This document shows, one piece after another, positions 26,208 through 30,130 of a stretch of 30,130 bases of DNA. Where the stretch lies: the IMG/VR virus record IMGVR_UViG_2778261177_000009, positions 1 to 30,130 of that record. One strand, 5' to 3'. Source of the DNA: a virus. Lineage: Duplodnaviria; Heunggongvirae; Uroviricota; Caudoviricetes. Position 1 is the first letter of the stretch. Each line of letters opens with the position of its first letter. The translations under genes were made by a program, and so were the position numbers. The notes under the pieces were generated by a model that worked only from the letters and a program-made list of their open reading frames with translations, did not search any database and had not been told where the DNA came from.

Positions 26208-26564
26208 ATGAACGACCAGCAAATAGAAAAAGAAATCGTTGAGAAAGGAAAAACCGCTCCGCGAGTTACGCCCCAATATATCGAAAGCATCATTCTTGAA
26301 GAGCATTTCTTTACTGCTTATGACGGTATTCGTGCCGCCAGTATGGGCGTTGGCGATACGTGGACAGCGCATAAATCTACAGACCTCCTTACTTTCTGCG
26401 TACTGGTGCTGAAGAATGGCTTCACCGTCACCGGAGAGAGCGCATGTGCAAGCCCGGAAAACTTTGATGCAGAAATTGGTCGGAAGATTGCCCGGCAGAA
26501 TGCTGTAAACAAAATCTGGATGCTTGAAGGTTACTTGCTGAAGCAGAAGTTAAGCGAGCAATAA
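26208..26564 (+). CDS. conserved small phage protein, possibly N4 Gp49 / Sf6 gp66-like (moron)
   Basis: AAGGTGA RBS; 118 aa; plus-strand gene inside a minus-strand module with its own terminator; family call from recall is uncertain. Confidence 0.55.
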   Translation: MNDQQIEKEIVEKGKTAPRVTPQYIESIILEEHFFTAYDGIRAASMGVGDTWTAHKSTDLLTFCVLVLKNGFTVTGESACASPENFDAEIGRKIARQNAVNKIWMLEGYLLKQKLSEQ

Positions 26565-26568
26565 CACC

Positions 26569-26580
26569 GTGACATGTCAC
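26569..26580. repeat. 12-bp perfect palindrome GTGACATGTCAC, copy 2
   Basis: Exact repeat of 9351..9362; sits 4 nt upstream of the terminator hairpin. Confidence 0.6.
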
Positions 26581-26583
26581 AAA

Positions 26584-26612
26584 CAGCCAGCCTATGAGCT
26601 GGCTTTGTTTTA
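26584..26612 (+). terminator. rho-independent terminator of the plus-strand moron
   Basis: Stem AGCCAGC / GCTGGCT with loop CTATGA followed by TTTGTTTT. Confidence 0.6.
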
Positions 26613-26654
26613 TCCTCACCAGAGGATATCAACGACATTATCCCCACCAGCGGA

Positions 26655-28130
26655 TTAAGCATAGGGATCGTAATCTGTAATGGCCTTTCCTTGCTGGTTC
26701 TGCTGACCTGGAATTCGCAGACGCTTCGACACAGGGAAAGCAAACGTCAGCAATAGCGCATCGCCTTTACCCGGCGAACGCCCAAGCCGCTCCTTGATAT
26801 CTTCCTTCGGTTCGATAACGATTTTACCGTCCACTCGAACTTTGTACTCTGCCGCCGACAGGTCGTCCGCTGTTTCCTGGTCATCAAGCATCCCGCCCAG
26901 CCTCAGCCATGTCTTGCATGAGTTGAACATCTCCCCACGCTTGTTGAGCATCTGCGGGTCAGTAGACGCGCCACCGAACGGAACAAGTTGCCATGTGCGC
27001 CCCCAACCGTCACCGATTGACTTCAGACCGGTACCGTAACCAAAGTCGATGAACACTGCGTCAGCCTGATACAGGTCTTCAAAGTCAGCGATACGCTTCG
27101 CCATAATCAGATCGTCGGTAGTCTTGTTGCCAGTCCACAGCACCTTACTGTGTAGCCCCTGCCGCAGGTATATCACCGCGTCATCAACGCCTAAATATGC
27201 CGGGTCAACACCGATTATCACCGGAGCATGCGCCACCTGCGCAGCGGTTACCACCCGTTTCATTGCCTCATCAGTAAGACCGGTAGGGATAAACTGCAAT
27301 TCAGATGCATCAGGGAATATGCCGCGCACACGGATTTTAACGAAGTAGCTGTCTTCCCCGTAGTCATCAACCCATTTCTGCAACTGCTGTTTGTTAGTGC
27401 CTTCCACCGTCCGGCTGTCAATCTGCGCAGTTTTCCAGCGGTGTTTATATTTGCGGAAACATTCGCGGAAACGCCCGGTGTTACGTGTAGGGTTTCCGAA
27501 CGCCACCCAGATAATCTCAGTGTCTTCGTCCGTAAGCGCACCCTCAGCAACTTCCCACACCAGATCCGCAATGTTCGACGCTTCATCGAATACCACGATG
27601 ATGCGTTTGCGCTCGTTGTGTAGTCCGGCGAATGCCTCAGTGTTGTGCTCAGACCAGGGGATTGCGTCAGCTCGCCACCGCTTGTCGTGCCCAGGATCAT
27701 TGCTGTACATCGCGGTAGCGGTACAGGTAAACCAGTCTTTCGTGATAGCAAGGTTCGACCACTTGATAATTTCCGGCCAGGTCTTCGTTCGTAGCTGGTT
27801 GTCGGTGTTGGCAGTCACCACGACCTTACAATCCTCGCAAGTGGACATGCCCCAGTTGATCAGCATTGAGATGAATGCGGATTTACCAATACCGTGACCA
27901 GAAGCGCGTGCCAGCATAAGCGGCTGATAGCGCGTCTCTGGATTCTGCAGGTGATCACGTATCTCTCGGAACGCATCAGCCTGCCACTGACGTGGGCCGG
28001 TGGCATGTGCCAGTTCAGTCCCCTCTTCCCCCCACGGGAACGCATAGAGGGCATAGCCAAGCGGATCGTGAGTGAACCCTGCAATATCCTCGATCAACTG
28101 CTCTTCAGGAGATAACGCTGTATCTGTCAC
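26655..28130 (-). CDS. terminase large subunit
   Basis: 491 aa; Walker A-like GHGIGKS and Walker B-like IIVVFDEAS; start overlaps the stop of the upstream small gene as in terS-terL pairs; precedes the portal. Confidence 0.75.
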   Translation of the reverse strand: MTDTALSPEEQLIEDIAGFTHDPLGYALYAFPWGEEGTELAHATGPRQWQADAFREIRDHLQNPETRYQPLMLARASGHGIGKSAFISMLINWGMSTCEDCKVVVTANTDNQLRTKTWPEIIKWSNLAITKDWFTCTATAMYSNDPGHDKRWRADAIPWSEHNTEAFAGLHNERKRIIVVFDEASNIADLVWEVAEGALTDEDTEIIWVAFGNPTRNTGRFRECFRKYKHRWKTAQIDSRTVEGTNKQQLQKWVDDYGEDSYFVKIRVRGIFPDASELQFIPTGLTDEAMKRVVTAAQVAHAPVIIGVDPAYLGVDDAVIYLRQGLHSKVLWTGNKTTDDLIMAKRIADFEDLYQADAVFIDFGYGTGLKSIGDGWGRTWQLVPFGGASTDPQMLNKRGEMFNSCKTWLRLGGMLDDQETADDLSAAEYKVRVDGKIVIEPKEDIKERLGRSPGKGDALLLTFAFPVSKRLRIPGQQNQQGKAITDYDPYA

Positions 28131-28759
28131 TGATTACCATCCTGACGTTCTTTGAGTCGCTTCCTGGCTGCTGCTATGCGATCAGCAATTGTCACATTCA
28201 CATTAACATCCAGACGTTCTTTGAACGCGTTAACGTCGACGTGCTTACCGATGAGCTCGAGGTTTTTCACCTTGTCGGGCCATTTCACCTTCTTCAGGAT
28301 ATGCTCGACATCCTCAACAGAGAGATCCGCCTCGCCATTCTCTTTTTGCAGGGAAGCCTGGGTTGTCTTGATGGTAGCGATATCCATAGCACTGAGAGAG
28401 GTACGCCAGACCTTCGGCCATTCAGCGATCGGCTTCATCCCGCCGTCATCGTTCAGTATATCCAGCACGTCCATCTGGTCGATCTCCACCAGGCGCATGA
28501 GAACGTAATCAGCACTGACGCGCATTCGTTTGTTGCGCTCCTCCATCAACTCGGCAATCCGTTTTTGAATGCGTTCATCGCGCATCATGACACTGGCTTT
28601 AACTGCCGCTGTATTTGGGGAGAATCCTGCGTTAATCGCTGCCTGAGTCTGGTTTTCAGGCGTTTTGATGTATGACTGGCAATAAGCCTCCTGCATTGCT
28701 GTTAGTGGCTTAAATTGCGTTGATTTGCGTTTATAGGTTTTAGGTTCAGCAGGCATCAT
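28127..28759 (-). CDS. terminase small subunit (putative)
   Basis: Immediately upstream of and overlapping terL. Start taken as the first ATG (MMPAEPK) with GGTGG RBS; the ORF track extends to a TTG at 28837 across a tandem repeat, which is judged non-coding leader. Confidence 0.5.
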   Translation of the reverse strand: MMPAEPKTYKRKSTQFKPLTAMQEAYCQSYIKTPENQTQAAINAGFSPNTAAVKASVMMRDERIQKRIAELMEERNKRMRVSADYVLMRLVEIDQMDVLDILNDDGGMKPIAEWPKVWRTSLSAMDIATIKTTQASLQKENGEADLSVEDVEHILKKVKWPDKVKNLELIGKHVDVNAFKERLDVNVNVTIADRIAAARKRLKERQDGNQ

Positions 28760-28776
28760 AACCACCGTGGTAATAG

Positions 28777-28791
28777 TTACCGTTGTGGTAA
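28777..28791. promoter_or_regulatory. TTACC-N5-GGTAA palindrome, site E (TTACCGTTGTGGTAA)
   Basis: Formed at the junction of a tandem 18-bp direct repeat (GTGGTAATAGTTACC / GTGGTAATAGTACC, 28767..28798); 18-32 bp upstream of the proposed terS start. Confidence 0.4.
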
Positions 28792-28869
28792 TAGTACCAT
28801 GCAAAATAAAGCCGCCATAGTTGGCGGCAGTATTCAAAACCCGTCAAATTCATCATGCATAATCTACTC

Positions 28870-28881
28870 GTGACATGTCAC
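28870..28881. repeat. 12-bp perfect palindrome GTGACATGTCAC, copy 3
   Basis: Exact repeat; in the gap between the nin-like genes and terS. Confidence 0.6.
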
Positions 28882-29072
28882 ACTATTAATTTCGTTTCAT
28901 GCCAGCCTTTAGTCACCCAGCATTGCGAGTCACCATTACACGGGCATGAATTAACTGGAACTCTCTCGCCGCACTTACCGCAACGTTTTCTGCTGATCGA
29001 TTTTATACGCCCGCGCACACGTGCACCATCCAGATAGGCACATCCGTCCGCAATTAACACATATAGGCCACA

Positions 29073-29354
29073 TCATTTTTCCTCTTTTGGTTTATGAATC
29101 TGAATGGTCATGCCGCTTTGAGTGGTGACTACAACGACAGAACCAGGCTGAAGGCTGTTAAGATTGAATGCTTCGTAAAACGAATCCAAGGCTAGTGCTT
29201 TTTTATTCTTTCGGTTCCACCAACGCCATCCCTTGCTACAGGCTACACTGACAATCCACTGCCCACTCCTGTAAGCCATATAAAACCAGATGAGCAAAAC
29301 CTGAAGGAATGCTATCCAGTCAATAATCGTATATTTCGCGAAGGAGTCCATCAC
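29073..29354 (-). CDS. small membrane protein
   Basis: 93 aa with one strongly hydrophobic helix (IAFLQVLLIWFYMAY); start overlaps the stop of the upstream gene. Confidence 0.45.
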   Translation of the reverse strand: MMDSFAKYTIIDWIAFLQVLLIWFYMAYRSGQWIVSVACSKGWRWWNRKNKKALALDSFYEAFNLNSLQPGSVVVVTTQSGMTIQIHKPKEEK

Positions 29355-29668
29355 TTCACCTCCTGCTGCGGTGCTGCTGGCATTTCACGCCAGTGCGTAA
29401 CTGAGTGCGGATCCGGATATTCGGTGCCATCATCCCAGCGATTGCCATTCCACATTGCAGACCACATCTCACCGTCTTCATACATGACCATTACCGGAAT
29501 TAACTTATCCGGCATTCTCTCACTACAGCTTATCCAACCATCCGGAGTTACCGGATAGTTGCCAGCCTGAACAGTAGGCATATCAGGACCTTTGCGAATC
29601 GCCCTGGCAAGATCGATTGGGTCGTCGTACAACCAGTCACCTGTTTGCGGATGATTGGCTTCTGCCAA
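29351..29668 (-). CDS. DUF551-like phage protein
   Basis: C-terminal motif VTHWREMPAAP resembles the THWMPLPEPP signature recalled for DUF551 proteins of lambdoid nin regions. Confidence 0.5.
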   Translation of the reverse strand: MAEANHPQTGDWLYDDPIDLARAIRKGPDMPTVQAGNYPVTPDGWISCSERMPDKLIPVMVMYEDGEMWSAMWNGNRWDDGTEYPDPHSVTHWREMPAAPQQEVK

Positions 29669-29743
29669 TTGTGCAGCCCACTCCAGGCCGTCTTTGTGTC
29701 CTTGCAGATAGTCCAGCGGTAACTCATCACTATTACTTACAGG

Positions 29744-30130
29744 TTAGGCCTGAAGCATGGCGGCGCGGCAGGCGTTCCAGCCTCTCACCTCTGCAATAGC
29801 GGCAACAGCATCGACCGCGTACATTTTAAGAGGGTTAGGCATTGGTTTTTCTTCAGGTACTACTGGCACTGGAGGGGCGGCATAAACAGGAATAACGTCC
29901 GATTGCTCTTTATTGCTTTCATCCGTCAAAGCCCAGAATAATTTTCCGTCCGGATGTTTGAAAATATAAGCAACTGGTTCTGCGCTATCAGCTTCGCGCC
30001 GCTTCTGTAGCTCTGCTGCCATTGCTCTCACGACTTCAACTGGTACCCTTGCAGCAAACTCTATGTTGGTGATCAGCTCATTAAGATATTGCTCGCTGGG
30101 ATACTGTTTCTTATCGGTTATAGTGGCCAT
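29744..30130 (-). CDS. hypothetical phage early/nin-region protein
   Basis: 128 aa; the ATG is the last three bases of the window (reverse strand); Pro-rich linker. Confidence 0.45.
   Translation of the reverse strand: MATITDKKQYPSEQYLNELITNIEFAARVPVEVVRAMAAELQKRREADSAEPVAYIFKHPDGKLFWALTDESNKEQSDVIPVYAAPPVPVVPEEKPMPNPLKMYAVDAVAAIAEVRGWNACRAAMLQA

Noticed and set aside
28760-28837. Upstream extension of terS from a TTG start
   Set aside because: It would translate the tandem 18-bp repeat as TITTTVTITTVV; a downstream ATG with a GGTGG RBS is more plausible.
28878-29060. 60-codon minus-strand ORF with a Cys-rich stretch (CGKCGERVPVNSCPC)
   Set aside because: It would need a GTG start without any RBS and overlaps the GTGACATGTCAC palindrome; left unannotated, though a small zinc-finger protein cannot be excluded.
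1-30130. CRISPR array, rRNA, integrase or att core repeats
   Set aside because: No repeat-spacer periodicity, no rRNA-like stretch, and no ORF with a tyrosine or serine recombinase signature. The only short exact repeats are the palindromes reported as findings.

Overview
The window is almost entirely the late/structural region of a temperate tailed-phage (prophage-like) genome, transcribed on the minus strand. In transcription order (high to low coordinates) it carries small nin-like genes, small and large terminase, portal, scaffold, major capsid, head-tail and large internal/ejection proteins, a tailspike, and a lysis cassette (two holin-like proteins, GH19 endolysin, Rz with embedded Rz1). 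Gene sizes, order and the tailspike N-terminus resemble, from memory and unverified, an epsilon15/phiV10-type podovirus rather than P22 or lambda. Two plus-strand accessory (moron) islands interrupt this backbone. The first (about 5.9-9.5 kb), between the ejection genes and the tailspike, holds a small gene behind a near-consensus LexA box, an AntA-domain antirepressor-like gene whose C-terminal domain is paralogous to that small gene, a membrane-anchored tandem zinc-ribbon protein, and an AT-rich two-gene operon that may be a toxin-antitoxin or abortive-infection module. The second (about 25.5-26.6 kb), between large terminase and portal, holds a tRNA-Arg(UCU) and a small conserved phage protein. 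Two families of exact short palindromes recur in intergenic regions: TTACC-N5-GGTAA (six sites) and GTGACATGTCAC (three copies). The first two plus-strand genes (1-1071) encode a lipoprotein and a secreted protein that are either host genes or conversion morons. No integrase, att site, CRISPR array or rRNA was recognised. All homology statements are by eye and recall; no database search was run.
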